From positions 1-44,212 of the forward strand of contig CAYZVT010000001.1 in NCBI GenBank assembly GCA_964481585.1: a stretch of DNA of 44,212 bases, given 5' to 3'. Shown here piece by piece: positions 1 to 9,760 of this stretch. Made by a program: the position numbers and the translations under genes. The DNA comes from an uncultured Pirellulales bacterium. Its GTDB lineage: Bacteria; Planctomycetota; Planctomycetia; Pirellulales; CAYZVT01. The stretch's first letter is position 1, and each line of letters starts with the position of its first letter. Below the pieces are notes generated by a model. That model was given only the letters and a program-made list of their open reading frames with translations. It was not told the origin of the DNA and did not search any database.

Positions 1-168
1 CAGTTCAGGCAGCCCGCCGGGGGCCACGGGCGTTCCGCCCTCCCACGGGGCTGGCCGATCTCGTTTCGCAGCACAAGAGCACGGGCGAGACGCCCGTGGC
101 ACCCGCCGCGTCGAGGGATTCGTCGCATGGTGTGATTCCGAACCTTCGCCGGAGAGGAAAGAGCGCCG

Positions 169-615
169 TTAGGGGCGCTGGAGTTGGAAGTTAAAAACCT
201 GGTGCTCTGGCTCGGCCAGCACGTGGGCCGTGAGGCCCGACTCGTCGACCGACAGATACCGCTCGGGGATCAGCGGCGTGCTCTCGCCGGTTTCAAAATC
301 GGATTCGTAACTGAGCACGGCGACGCGGAACCGCCCGGGGATGACGCCATCTTCCGGCTCGAACGTGCCGAGCGAATAGGTTCCGTCGGGCTGGAGATGC
401 GCGGTGGCCGAGTGTCCGCCAGGCACGCTCTCGTCGGGAAAGAACGACACCATCCCTTGCGAAAGCGGCTCGCCGTCGATGGTGATCGTGCCGGTCACGT
501 AAACGCGCTTCGGGCCGGTATCGCTGTTGCCACAGCCGGCCGTCAGGGGCGCGATCAACCATAGCGCGGCAATCGCCGCGGCCCGCCTCGACATGCGTAT
601 TAGGGTCGCGTTCAT
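169..615 (-). CDS. small secreted lipoprotein, carboxypeptidase-regulatory-like (transthyretin-like) beta-sandwich
   Basis: 148-aa ORF. Signal peptide ends in the lipobox-like LTAGC. The motif VYVTGTITIDGEPL..G.V.F.P resembles the 26783..27190 paralog. It lies 6 nt downstream of the PEP-CTERM gene. Confidence 0.7.
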   Translation of the reverse strand: MNATLIRMSRRAAAIAALWLIAPLTAGCGNSDTGPKRVYVTGTITIDGEPLSQGMVSFFPDESVPGGHSATAHLQPDGTYSLGTFEPEDGVIPGRFRVAVLSYESDFETGESTPLIPERYLSVDESGLTAHVLAEPEHQVFNFQLQRP

Positions 616-621
616 CCTTGA

Positions 622-3138
622 TTACCGAGCGGTCGCGGACCGGCGGCGGCGCGTCAGCGCGAGTAGCGCCAGGCCGGCTCCCGCCAGGGAGAGCACGCTG
701 GCCGGTTCGGGCACGAGCATCACGTTGTTGAGCACGAGTTGCTGTAAGCCGCCGCTGCCGGAGATGATCGACAAATTCGCCAGGGACGAGTCGCCCGCGA
801 GGATTTCCCAATCCCACACGGGGTTCAGGTCGATGCCGTTGTCGGTCGTGAACTCGAACAGGACGATCGGCCCGGCGCCTTCCACGATGCGGACTTGGCC
901 CAGTTCCAGAACCCAGCCGCTATCGAGTTGCAGCCCGTCGGTGATCGTCACACCTCCGGTGCTGGCGGCGTAGATGCCGCCGCTTTGAAAGAGCGTATCG
1001 CCGGAGACGGTCAACGGGTTGGCGATGTTCCACGCCATCACGCGGCCTCCGGATGTGACGTCGAGACTGCCGCCAAGGCTTCCTGCGATGGCTTCGAGCG
1101 TGCCGCCGGCGTTGACGGTCGTTGTGCCGCTGGCGATCGAGCCGGTGAGCCGCAGGATGCCTTCGTTGATGGTGGTCGGGCCGGCGTAGGTGTTCGTGCC
1201 GCCGAGCACCTGCAATCCGCGCCCGGTCTTGGTGAGGCTGGCATTAGCACCGCTCAGGTTGCCCGAGTAGTTGGCCGTCGCGCCGTTGGCGACATCGAGG
1301 GTGAGCGACGTGACGTTGCCCGACAGCGCCAGGTTTCCGCCCCCCTTGAGTCCACCGAGGGTCGGTGCGTTGACCGACGTCAGATCGAGCGTGCCGCCGC
1401 CGGAGGTATTGAAGGCGCTGTTTTGCAGAGCCAGGTTGTGGTTCAGTTTGAGCGTGCCGCCGGAAACGGTGGTGTCGCCGCGATAGGTGTTGGCGGCATC
1501 GAGTTGCAGCGTGCCCGCGCCGGCCTTGGTCAACCCGCCGGAGCCGGAAATCGTCGAGGTAACGGAAGCCTCGACCCCGATGTTGGAATTTTCCGCAACG
1601 GTGAACGTGCGCGTGACCGTGCCGAGATCGAGCGAGCGGCTCCCGGCCGTGGCGCCGCCGAGGCGGATCGCATTGTTGCCGGTCCCCGTGCTGGTGAGGA
1701 CGACATTGCCGCCGCTTGCGCCGGTCAACGCCAGATTCACGTCGAGCAGCTTGTTCGCGTTTTGCGCCGAGGTGACTTGCAGCACGGTGCTGGCGGTGCC
1801 GGCCAGCGTGAGCGTCGAATTAGAGCTAACGGTGTTGGCATTGATGACGGCCGCGACCGTCTCGTTCTGGTCATTCAAGTCCCAGATGCCAAAGGAGCCG
1901 AACGTGACGGTCGAGGTATCGGCGATTTGGTCGGATTGCAAGAGCCGGAGCGTGCCGCCGTTGATGTTGACGTCGCCGGGGATGGCGATCGCGCGGCTCG
2001 ACTTGTTGAGTTCGAACGTGCCCCCGTTGAGGGAAAAGGCGCCGGAGATTGTGTTATCGGTGGAGCCGGTGATGTGGGCGTTCTTGCTATTGCCGAACGT
2101 GCGCCAGCCGTTCGTGCCAGAGATGACGCCGTTGATGATGATCGTCCCGTTGTCGCGGGAGTCGATTTCGCCCCAGGCCGTGCCGAAATCGACATGGCCG
2201 TTGATGGTCAGCGTGGGCGTGCCGCCGTTGTCGTCGATCGTGAGCCGGTTCGTGCGGAGGGTGCCGCCGCCGGTATTGACGACCCAGGTGTCGGCGGTCG
2301 CGGTGGCGTTGCCGACGCCGACGCTGCCGGTGGTGAGGTTGAAGCCATTGAGATCAACGGTGGCCCCGGTGGAACCGGGCGCGGCGGTCGGGTCGAAATG
2401 GACCAGGTTGTTGGACCAGGAGGTAAACGTCCGGCCGAGCTTGACGGCGCCCTGGGCGATAATCAGGCCGCTGCTGGGAGTACTGCCTGTCGCGGCGGCG
2501 CCGCTGCCGTAGGTGAAGGTGCCGGTGCCGACCTTGATGGCGCGGCCGCCCCCGAGAATCCGGCCGGCAAAGACTGAGTCGGCATTGTTGGTGCCGAAGG
2601 TGGTCACGCCGCCGGCGATTTCGTAGATGGCTGCGGAGTTGCCCGACAGCGAGGCAATGGTCTGGTTCTGATTGACGAAGATGCCGCCCGAGCCGGGGCT
2701 GTTGAGCGTCACCGGACCGTTGCCGAGTGCGTTGGGCGCAAGCGCGCGGATGATGCCGCCGTTGATCGTGACCGACGAGAAGGAGTTGGCGTGGGTGAGA
2801 TCGAGCCAACCATTGCCCGACTTCGTGAGCGCGCCGCCGTTGACGGCATTGGACTGAAAGACGTACGTGCCCCCGCTCGCCGAGACGGTGGTCGAGCCGG
2901 GCGTGACCCCGCCGCCTTGGATCGTGATCGTGCCGCCGGAGTTGCTGCTAAAGACGGCGTGGTCGCCTTCAACGTAGCGATTGGCGATAGGAGAACCGCC
3001 GGTCCAATTGCCGGTGGCGGTGTCCCAGGTGCCGGTGGCCGCGTTCCACGTGACGGTGGCGGCAGAAAGCGGCGCGGCAGCAAATAGCAGTGCCGCGAGT
3101 GCCGCGCTGGTGGTTAGCAAGTTTGTCGTTCTGGGCAT
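622..3138 (-). CDS. autotransporter-associated beta-strand repeat protein with C-terminal PEP-CTERM sorting signal
   Basis: Start trimmed to the ATG at 3138 (MPRTTNLL.. signal peptide). Many G-x-G-T-L-x-L-x-G-x-N-T-Y-x-G-x-T-x-V repeats (for example [27 protein letters not shown]). C-terminus is [25 protein letters not shown]. Confidence 0.8.
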   Translation of the reverse strand: MPRTTNLLTTSAALAALLFAAAPLSAATVTWNAATGTWDTATGNWTGGSPIANRYVEGDHAVFSSNSGGTITIQGGGVTPGSTTVSASGGTYVFQSNAVNGGALTKSGNGWLDLTHANSFSSVTINGGIIRALAPNALGNGPVTLNSPGSGGIFVNQNQTIASLSGNSAAIYEIAGGVTTFGTNNADSVFAGRILGGGRAIKVGTGTFTYGSGAAATGSTPSSGLIIAQGAVKLGRTFTSWSNNLVHFDPTAAPGSTGATVDLNGFNLTTGSVGVGNATATADTWVVNTGGGTLRTNRLTIDDNGGTPTLTINGHVDFGTAWGEIDSRDNGTIIINGVISGTNGWRTFGNSKNAHITGSTDNTISGAFSLNGGTFELNKSSRAIAIPGDVNINGGTLRLLQSDQIADTSTVTFGSFGIWDLNDQNETVAAVINANTVSSNSTLTLAGTASTVLQVTSAQNANKLLDVNLALTGASGGNVVLTSTGTGNNAIRLGGATAGSRSLDLGTVTRTFTVAENSNIGVEASVTSTISGSGGLTKAGAGTLQLDAANTYRGDTTVSGGTLKLNHNLALQNSAFNTSGGGTLDLTSVNAPTLGGLKGGGNLALSGNVTSLTLDVANGATANYSGNLSGANASLTKTGRGLQVLGGTNTYAGPTTINEGILRLTGSIASGTTTVNAGGTLEAIAGSLGGSLDVTSGGRVMAWNIANPLTVSGDTLFQSGGIYAASTGGVTITDGLQLDSGWVLELGQVRIVEGAGPIVLFEFTTDNGIDLNPVWDWEILAGDSSLANLSIISGSGGLQQLVLNNVMLVPEPASVLSLAGAGLALLALTRRRRSATAR

Positions 3139-3306
3139 ACTCACGGTGTTCTCCCTCTTGCGCGCCCGTCCGTGGATCGACCGCTTCCACTTGGGGATGA
3201 AAAGTGCTTGCACGAGCGCGACCTCCAACTGATTTGTGACAGTTTCGTAGACCAACGTAAAGCTTTTGGTCCGCCTCCCCGATGGGAGCAGCCAACAGCT
3301 TATGGA

Positions 3307-4893
3307 TTACTGGTAATGGGCTTTGCCCCAACTGGTCTCACTCTCAAAGGTAAAACCGCCGACGGCTGGATTGCAAATGTCGACCAGTTGCGCACGCCAC
3401 AGACGACCGCCTTCGTCGCTCCAGTGGACGAGCCAATTGGCCGCCAACGTGTCGCCAGGCTGGGGTGGATCGTCTTCCGCGCTCAAGAGCGACCAAGGAA
3501 CGGCGTACTCCAGCGTATAGCCCCGGCCGTCGCGGAGCGGGCGAAACGTCCCTTGCCATCCCGGCGGATTCACCCGGTCGCCATGAAAGTCCATGCCGTA
3601 GTCGACGTGTAGACATGCCTGGGCGCTGGGCTGGTGATGCCACAGCGTCAGGTGGACCAGCTTTTCGCTCACGTCGGCCGACCGCCGCCTTTGGGACTCG
3701 TCGACCAGCGGCCACGGCCGCGCGCGGTCGGTCGAGAGACGCACCTGCACGCTGCCGCCTTTCCAGAGCAGCGTCGGGTCGCTTTGGGGCGAGAGCACGC
3801 TGCGCATCGGCAGCGGATCGCCGACCTCGGCGGCGAGGTACAGATACTCCGCGTCGTACATCATCATGCCCGTCAGATGATAATCCACGTCGTACGGCGG
3901 ATCACAATGCGACGTAAAAGCTCCCGACCGATCCCACTCGTCGAGATTGCCGTCAATGACAATCTGCTGCGGAGCACGGACGACTTCGATCGAGTCAAAG
4001 CGGCTGGTGTTGTAGGGCTTGGCCGCTTCGTGGGGCAGAGAGCCGCGCGTCTCGGGGGCCGGAAAGCGGCGGACAAAGCGGTGCGGGTCGAACGGCACCG
4101 CGCGCCACGTGGCCGGCTCCACTCCGGCCAGCACGAGCGCTTCGCCGGTCGTTAGCCGTTCGGCGGGGCGGGCGGTATCACCCTTGCAGTGCGCATCGAC
4201 GGCGCCATTGAAGACCTGAAGCGTCGTGCCGCGCGTCGCGTCGACGGCCACGCCGAACTCGGTGCCTTGGTCGATCAGCGTGGCGGCGGGCGTATCGACA
4301 CGAAAGCCGATCGCTGGCGGCGGCACGGTCGCCACGACGTAACCGGCATGCAGAATACAGCGGTCAGCCGCGATAAGCTGCAACTCGACCGGCCCTTCGA
4401 GCAGCATGGTGACGCCATTGGATAGTTCGATCTGCGCCATGCCGCGCAGCAGTTCCAGACGCCCGGCCTGGAGCTTGTCGCCGGCCGCAAAGTCTTGATC
4501 GGTGGCCCAGGCCGCGCTCTCCAACGCCACCAGTCGCGCCAGCGGATGAGCCGTGCCGCCGGTCGTCTGGATTCCCACGGCCAGTAGCAGAACGGCCACG
4601 ACCGCCACGACGCCGCCATAGAGTCCGAACGAACCGAGCCTGCCGCTGAACCGGCCCACCGGAGGAGCGAGCGTGGGCGTCGGCTCCGGCGCGGCTTCGC
4701 CGCGCATGCCCCAGTAGAGGCCGGCGTGCAGACCGAGGTAAGCGAGAAAAAAGAGCTGGAACTGGCGATTGTCGCGCAGGCGCGCTTCCAGATCGGCGTG
4801 CTCCTCGGGCGCGAGCGTGCCGGCGCAATACTGGTCGACCAGCAGCGCCAGGTGCGGCGGCAGTTCGCTCGATTTTTGAAAAGGAGACGCCAT
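3307..4893 (-). CDS. FecR-family anti-sigma factor with large extracytoplasmic sensor domain
   Basis: Start at ATG 4893, 13 nt after the sigma gene stop. The N-terminal anti-sigma helix region is LVDQYCAGTLAPEEHADLEARL. One TM segment (GGVVAVVAVLLLAVG). FecR-like beta region (GFRVDTPAATLIDQGTEFGV). The C-terminal domain is of unclear family. Confidence 0.8.
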   Translation of the reverse strand: MASPFQKSSELPPHLALLVDQYCAGTLAPEEHADLEARLRDNRQFQLFFLAYLGLHAGLYWGMRGEAAPEPTPTLAPPVGRFSGRLGSFGLYGGVVAVVAVLLLAVGIQTTGGTAHPLARLVALESAAWATDQDFAAGDKLQAGRLELLRGMAQIELSNGVTMLLEGPVELQLIAADRCILHAGYVVATVPPPAIGFRVDTPAATLIDQGTEFGVAVDATRGTTLQVFNGAVDAHCKGDTARPAERLTTGEALVLAGVEPATWRAVPFDPHRFVRRFPAPETRGSLPHEAAKPYNTSRFDSIEVVRAPQQIVIDGNLDEWDRSGAFTSHCDPPYDVDYHLTGMMMYDAEYLYLAAEVGDPLPMRSVLSPQSDPTLLWKGGSVQVRLSTDRARPWPLVDESQRRRSADVSEKLVHLTLWHHQPSAQACLHVDYGMDFHGDRVNPPGWQGTFRPLRDGRGYTLEYAVPWSLLSAEDDPPQPGDTLAANWLVHWSDEGGRLWRAQLVDICNPAVGGFTFESETSWGKAHYQ

Positions 4894-4906
4894 GAGGGCC
4901 AATTCT

Positions 4907-5416
4907 TTAGGTGTCCGCGCCGGTAATGCAGTCGTAGAGTGCCAGGCGAATCTTGCGGACCGACTTGTACAGCGCGTTAGGAGTCTGCCCTTCCTGGCGG
5001 GCAATCTCCTTAATGAGCGCGTTGGGACGGTAACACTGTTGAATGAGCCGGCGCTGTTTGGGGGGAAGCTTTTCGATGCAGTCGGCCAGCGCGCGGTGCA
5101 TCCCATCGAGCAGCGATTGCTGTTCGAGTTGCAGCGAGGCCATCTGGTCGAGCAGCGTATCGCTAAATTGCACTTGCTGGTTCTGCTTTTTGCGCAAGTA
5201 GTTGCGCAGGTGGTTCATGGCGATGCCGCACGCCCAGCGGGTGAAGTCGCTCTCGGGATCAAACTCGTCCCAGCGCTGCCAAAGCGTGAGGCTCGTCTGC
5301 TGGAACAGTTCTTCCGCCTCGACCCAGCGTGGCACGACCGAAACAATGAAACGGAACACGCGATGCTGGTTCGCCAGAAACAGTTCGGTGAATACCTGTT
5401 GCTGCCGAGAAACCAT
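4907..5416 (-). CDS. ECF (sigma-70 family) RNA polymerase sigma factor
   Basis: 169 aa from ATG 5416. Region 2 motifs EELFQQTSLTLWQRWDEFDPESDFTRWACGIAMN. Region 4 HTH LIKEIARQEGQTPNALYKSVRKIR. It sits immediately upstream of the FecR-like gene. Confidence 0.85.
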   Translation of the reverse strand: MVSRQQQVFTELFLANQHRVFRFIVSVVPRWVEAEELFQQTSLTLWQRWDEFDPESDFTRWACGIAMNHLRNYLRKKQNQQVQFSDTLLDQMASLQLEQQSLLDGMHRALADCIEKLPPKQRRLIQQCYRPNALIKEIARQEGQTPNALYKSVRKIRLALYDCITGADT

Positions 5417-5702
5417 CGCGAAGCCCCATCTCCGGCTCGATTCAAGGACGGCGCAGCCGCCATGCCGCAACCCTATTAGGCTATTTAGTAGTGTCGCAGG
5501 GTGCCGAAAGTGGCCCGACCTTTTCTCAAAAAAGCCAAATTTTTCGCCAGCCGCGCGAAAAGTCGAAAAAACGGCCTCTTTTCAGGCCAATGCCTGGCCG
5601 CAGGGACAATAACTACTGGGAGGGTATAATTCCCCGAATCCCGCCTGCTCTCCCGCGCTTCTGGCCCGCCTTCCGCGTCTCCCTCCGACGAACCAGGTCG
5701 CT

Positions 5703-8225
5703 ATGCTTCTTCGCCGCACGTGGTCCCTGTTGCCGACGGTGCTGGGTTTGCTGGGGCTGATCCCGGCCGCTTCGCTCCCGGCCGCCGAGCCGACCTCTCC
5801 CGTTGCCGGACAGCCTGTTCCCACCCATGCAGCCGACTTTTTGCAGAACTACTGCTGGGAGTGTCACGACGATCAGACGGCGACGGCGAAGCTGTCGCTC
5901 GAAGCGCTCGCGCCGCACTTCGTCGATGCGCGGTGGGTGCGGGTTTACGACAGGCTCGTCGAGGGGCAGATGCCGCCGAGCGATGCTTCGCAACCGTCGC
6001 CCGAGGAGCGAAAGCAGTTCGCCGATTGGTTGCGGGGCGAACTATACGCCGCTTCGCGGGCAAAGCAGCAGGCCGAAGGACGGGTGATGCTGCGGCGCAT
6101 GAACCGCACCGAGTACGAACACACGCTCCACGACCTGCTCGGCATCACCGTGCCGCTAAAGGAGTTGCTCCCGGAAGATAGCCCGACAGGCGGCTTCGAC
6201 ACGGTGAGCAGCGGCCTGGAAACCTCGGCCACGCATTTGGTCCGTTATCAGGAAGCGGCGGAACGGGCGCTCGATGCCGCCTTGCCGGGGCGGCCGGTCA
6301 CGTGCGAACGGACCCGCCAGACCGGCCTCGAATATGTCAAGAGCCGGTATCCCATTCATCAGCAGATGATCGAGCCTTTCATCCGCTATGAAGGAGAAAC
6401 GATGGTGCTCTGCGCGCGGCTCTATAAGCACATGACGATTCAGACAGTGGCGGCGCCGGTCGCCGGGCGCTACCGCGTCCGCGCTGCGGTGCGTGCGGTG
6501 AACACCGACGGGCGGGCGCTGCCGGTCCTCATCGGCAAGATTCTGCCCGACCGCTTCGACCATGAAAAGCTGCTGCACATCATCGACTTTCAGGACGCGC
6601 CGGCCGACGAGACGAAGGTGATCGAGGTCGAAGTCACTCTTCCGCAGGGCGAGAAGGTGTATCTGGAAGCGCCTGATTTGGCGTCGTTTCATGACATAAA
6701 AAAGAGCCTCAACGACGCGCCGGTGGGCGATGATTTTGCTGGGCCGGGGCTGGCGATCGAGTGGATCGAGCTAGAAGGCCCGCTTGAACCCGACCTTGGC
6801 TACCGCCGGCTCTTTGGCGATCTGCCGCAACTGCCGCGGCGGTACGTCGAAGATTGGCTCGCCGGCAAGCCGGTTCCCGATACGTGGAAGCAGTGGCCGC
6901 CCAACGGGCACGAATACGCCCAGTCGCCGCTGGTTGCCGTCTCCAAAGAGCCGAAAGCCGACGCCGAGCGGCTGATTCGCGCTTTTTTGCCGCGCGCCTT
7001 TCGCCGGCCGATGAGCGAGGCGGCCGTCGATTATTTCGCGCACTTCGTGCATGAGCAACTCGACCAAGGGGTGAGTTTCGCCGACGCGATGCGGGCCGGG
7101 TACAAAGCCGTTCTCTGTTCGCCGCATTTTCTCTTTTACTTGGAGAAGCCGGGCAGGCTCGACGACCACGCCGTGGCCTCGCGGCTGGCGCGCTTCCTGT
7201 GGAGTTCGCTGCCGGATGACGAGCTGACCGAGCTAGCCGCGCAAGGGAAACTGACCGATCCCGGCGTGCTCCGCGCGCAAACCGAGCGGATGCTCCGCGA
7301 TCCGAAGGCGCGGCGCTTCACCGAGAGCTTCACGGGCCAATGGCTCGACTTGCGCAAGTTCCACGACATGAAGCCCGACGCGATCTATGTCGAATACGAC
7401 GAGAAGCTGGCCTGGTCAATGCCGCTGGAAACGAAGCGATTCTTTGCCGAAGTGCTGGAAAAGAATCTGCCCACCACGTCGTTCTTGCACTCGGATTGGA
7501 CGTATCTCAATCAGCGTTTAGCTCAGCACTACCTGATTGACGGCGTGGAAGGGATGGAGCTGCGGCGGGTGAAGCTGCCGCCCGACGCGCATCGCGGGGG
7601 CGTGATTACGCACGCCAGCGTGCTGAAACTGACGACCAACGCCAGTTACACCTCGCCGGTCAAACGCGGCGCGTGGGTGCTCGACCGCATTCTCGGCCAG
7701 CCTCCTTCGCCGCCGCCGCCCGATGTCGAGGCGGTGGAGCCGGACATTCGCGGCGCGGTCACGATTCGCGAGCAGTTGGAGCTTCACAAATCCGTCGCCA
7801 GTTGCGCGTCGTGCCATGTCCACATCGACCCGCCCGGCTTCGCGCTGGAGAATTTCGATGTCGTCGGCGGCTGGCGCGAGTATTACCGCGTCAAAGATCC
7901 TCCCAAGGACGGCCAGCGCGTGGAGCTTGCCAATTATCCGGGCGAGCAAGTCTGGCTCGCGCGGCCGGTCGAAGCCGGAGGGCAAACCGTCGAGGGAGAA
8001 TCGTTTGAAAACATCGACGAGTATAAGCAGTTGCTACTCCAGGACCCCGACCAACTCACGCGCAGTCTGGCCAGCAAACTGCTGATCTATGCGACCGGCG
8101 GTGAGTTGGAGTTTGCCGACCGTGAGGTCGTCGAACAGATCGTTCGCGATGTGAAGGCCAAGCAACACGGTTTTCGTTCTCTCGTTCATGCGGTGGTTCA
8201 AAGCCGCGTTTTCCTCTCCAAGTAA
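5703..8225 (+). CDS. DUF1592/DUF1588-family planctomycete heme-binding protein
   Basis: 840 aa with a signal peptide. CxxCH motif (NYCWECHDD) near the N-terminus. The long conserved body is typical of the DUF1587/1592/1595/1588/1585 proteins that pair with DUF1552. Confidence 0.8.
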   Translation: MLLRRTWSLLPTVLGLLGLIPAASLPAAEPTSPVAGQPVPTHAADFLQNYCWECHDDQTATAKLSLEALAPHFVDARWVRVYDRLVEGQMPPSDASQPSPEERKQFADWLRGELYAASRAKQQAEGRVMLRRMNRTEYEHTLHDLLGITVPLKELLPEDSPTGGFDTVSSGLETSATHLVRYQEAAERALDAALPGRPVTCERTRQTGLEYVKSRYPIHQQMIEPFIRYEGETMVLCARLYKHMTIQTVAAPVAGRYRVRAAVRAVNTDGRALPVLIGKILPDRFDHEKLLHIIDFQDAPADETKVIEVEVTLPQGEKVYLEAPDLASFHDIKKSLNDAPVGDDFAGPGLAIEWIELEGPLEPDLGYRRLFGDLPQLPRRYVEDWLAGKPVPDTWKQWPPNGHEYAQSPLVAVSKEPKADAERLIRAFLPRAFRRPMSEAAVDYFAHFVHEQLDQGVSFADAMRAGYKAVLCSPHFLFYLEKPGRLDDHAVASRLARFLWSSLPDDELTELAAQGKLTDPGVLRAQTERMLRDPKARRFTESFTGQWLDLRKFHDMKPDAIYVEYDEKLAWSMPLETKRFFAEVLEKNLPTTSFLHSDWTYLNQRLAQHYLIDGVEGMELRRVKLPPDAHRGGVITHASVLKLTTNASYTSPVKRGAWVLDRILGQPPSPPPPDVEAVEPDIRGAVTIREQLELHKSVASCASCHVHIDPPGFALENFDVVGGWREYYRVKDPPKDGQRVELANYPGEQVWLARPVEAGGQTVEGESFENIDEYKQLLLQDPDQLTRSLASKLLIYATGGELEFADREVVEQIVRDVKAKQHGFRSLVHAVVQSRVFLSK

Positions 8226-8239
8226 GCGGAGCGACTCGC

Positions 8240-9535
8240 ATGCACCCATTGCCTCACGGACGTCTCTCGCGCCGCACGTTTTTGCGCGCCGGCGCGGTCA
8301 GTCTTTCGCTGCCGCTGCTCGACGCGATGATTCCCAGCGCGTGGGGAGCCGAGTCGAGAGCCCGCGCCGCGACGCTGCGGCACCGCCGCATGGTGCTGAT
8401 CCATCGGCCGCTGGGAACTTATCACCCGTACATGTTCCCGGAAGCGACGGGACTGAAGTACGAGGCCACGCGGTATCTCAAGATTCTCGAACCGCATCGC
8501 GGCCGCTTCACCGTGATCTCGGGCATGGGCCATGTCGGCTACCCGAACTCGCATCATACCGAATCGGCGATTTTCACGGGGGTCGATCCCGAAGGCATTC
8601 GCCGCGCCGACGACATTCACAACACCGTCTCACTCGATCAGGTCGTTGCCGAGCAGATCGGTTCGCAGACGCGACTGCCGCATCTGGTGCTCAACCGGGC
8701 GGACGGAAGCGCCTCGCTCTCTTGGAACAAAAAAGGGGTGCCGGTTCCGCTGGAAAAGAACCGTGCCGCACTGTTCCGCCGACTGTTTATCAATGGAACC
8801 CCCGAACAAGTCGCTCGGGAGATCCGCCGTCTGGAAACCGGGCAGAGCATCCTCGACGGCGTGCGCGAGCAACTCGCCGCGCTCCACCGAACTCTCGGTG
8901 CGGGCGACCGCGCTCGGCTCGACCTGCTCGCCACTTCGGTACGCGAAGCCGAGGGCTTTTTGCAACAAGATCAGGCCTGGGCGGCCAAGCCGAAGCCGAC
9001 GGTCGAGGCAACCGAGCAGCAGTTTGCTCAGGCGGAACATTCATTCAGCGCCGAGCAGCAGTGGTACACGCTCGTTCACCTCGCCTTGCAAACCGACTCG
9101 ACGCGGGTGATCGTGCTCGGCCTGGGGCAGCACGACAACCGCAACCAGCCCGAACTGAAGATCGGCCACCACGACGCCTCGCACCACGGCAAAGATCCTT
9201 CTAAGATCGAGCAACTGGCGCGCTACGAGGACAAGGAGTATCACAACTTCGGCCAATTTTTGGGCAAGCTCGCCGACTCGCGGGAGGAGGGAGCCTCGCT
9301 GCTCGACAAAACGCAGGTGCTGTTCGTCAGCAATCTCGGCGATGCTTCCGCCCACTCCTCCGACAACCTCCCGGTGCTGATGGCCGGTGGCGGATTCAGG
9401 CACCAGGGGCATCTCGCCTTCGATCGCCAGAAGAACACCCCGCTCTCGAATCTCTACGTCCGCATGTTGCAGCAGATGGGCCTGGAAACCGACCGCTTTG
9501 GGTCCAGTACCGGCGTGTTTACCGAACTAGGCTAG
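8240..9535 (+). CDS. DUF1552-family protein with twin-arginine signal
   Basis: 431 aa. Tat-like signal SRRTFLRAGAVSLSLPLLDAM. It starts 14 nt after the DUF1592-type gene, which is the canonical planctomycete gene pair. Confidence 0.8.
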   Translation: MHPLPHGRLSRRTFLRAGAVSLSLPLLDAMIPSAWGAESRARAATLRHRRMVLIHRPLGTYHPYMFPEATGLKYEATRYLKILEPHRGRFTVISGMGHVGYPNSHHTESAIFTGVDPEGIRRADDIHNTVSLDQVVAEQIGSQTRLPHLVLNRADGSASLSWNKKGVPVPLEKNRAALFRRLFINGTPEQVAREIRRLETGQSILDGVREQLAALHRTLGAGDRARLDLLATSVREAEGFLQQDQAWAAKPKPTVEATEQQFAQAEHSFSAEQQWYTLVHLALQTDSTRVIVLGLGQHDNRNQPELKIGHHDASHHGKDPSKIEQLARYEDKEYHNFGQFLGKLADSREEGASLLDKTQVLFVSNLGDASAHSSDNLPVLMAGGGFRHQGHLAFDRQKNTPLSNLYVRMLQQMGLETDRFGSSTGVFTELG

Positions 9536-9611
9536 AGCGTGCCCAGGAAGCGTCGTGACTGCCAGCGCTCTTTAGTCCGAGGCCTCCACTTTGAAGCTAA
9601 CCTTGCGGATG

Positions 9612-9722
9612 CGTCATTCCCGCCTGCGCGGCAATGACGTGTAGGGGTAGCGGGGGCGCACCGCGATAGCGGAAGCCCTCGGCTGTTCTGGTCCAGATTC
9701 CCGCCTGTGCGGGAATGACGTG
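9612..9722 (+). repeat. two palindromic units (attcccgcctgYgcggSaatgacgtg) flanking a copy of a GC-rich 33-34-nt core repeat
   Basis: Unit 1 at 9612-9639 (7+4 bp stem). Unit 2 at 9697-9716 (perfect 8-bp stem, 4-nt loop). Core copy agcgggggcgcaccgcgatagcggaagccctcgg at 9649-9682. Confidence 0.8.
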
Positions 9723-9729
9723 TTTTTCG

Positions 9730-9757
9730 CTGACGGCTGACGGCTGACCGCTGATCG
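9730..9757 (+). repeat. period-7 tandem repeat, 4 units: (ctgacgg)x2, ctgaccg, ctgatcg
   Basis: Read directly. It ends 3 nt before ATG 9761. Confidence 0.85.
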
Positions 9758-9760
9758 CGG

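Noticed and set aside
1-168. Short minus-strand ORF from ATG 128 (MRRIPRRGGCHGRLARA...) and the hairpin cacgggcg-aga-cgcccgtg (about 82-100)
   Set aside because: The ORF is junk-like and runs off the window. The hairpin lacks a U-tract, so its role as terminator for 169..615 is unsupported. There is too little sequence at the edge to judge.
895-2577. 560-aa plus-strand ORF (and nested ones) antisense to the autotransporter-repeat gene
   Set aside because: Its composition is Arg/Gly/Ala/Asp-rich with no motifs. This is a typical shadow ORF in high-GC DNA. The opposite strand carries clear repeat and PEP-CTERM signatures.
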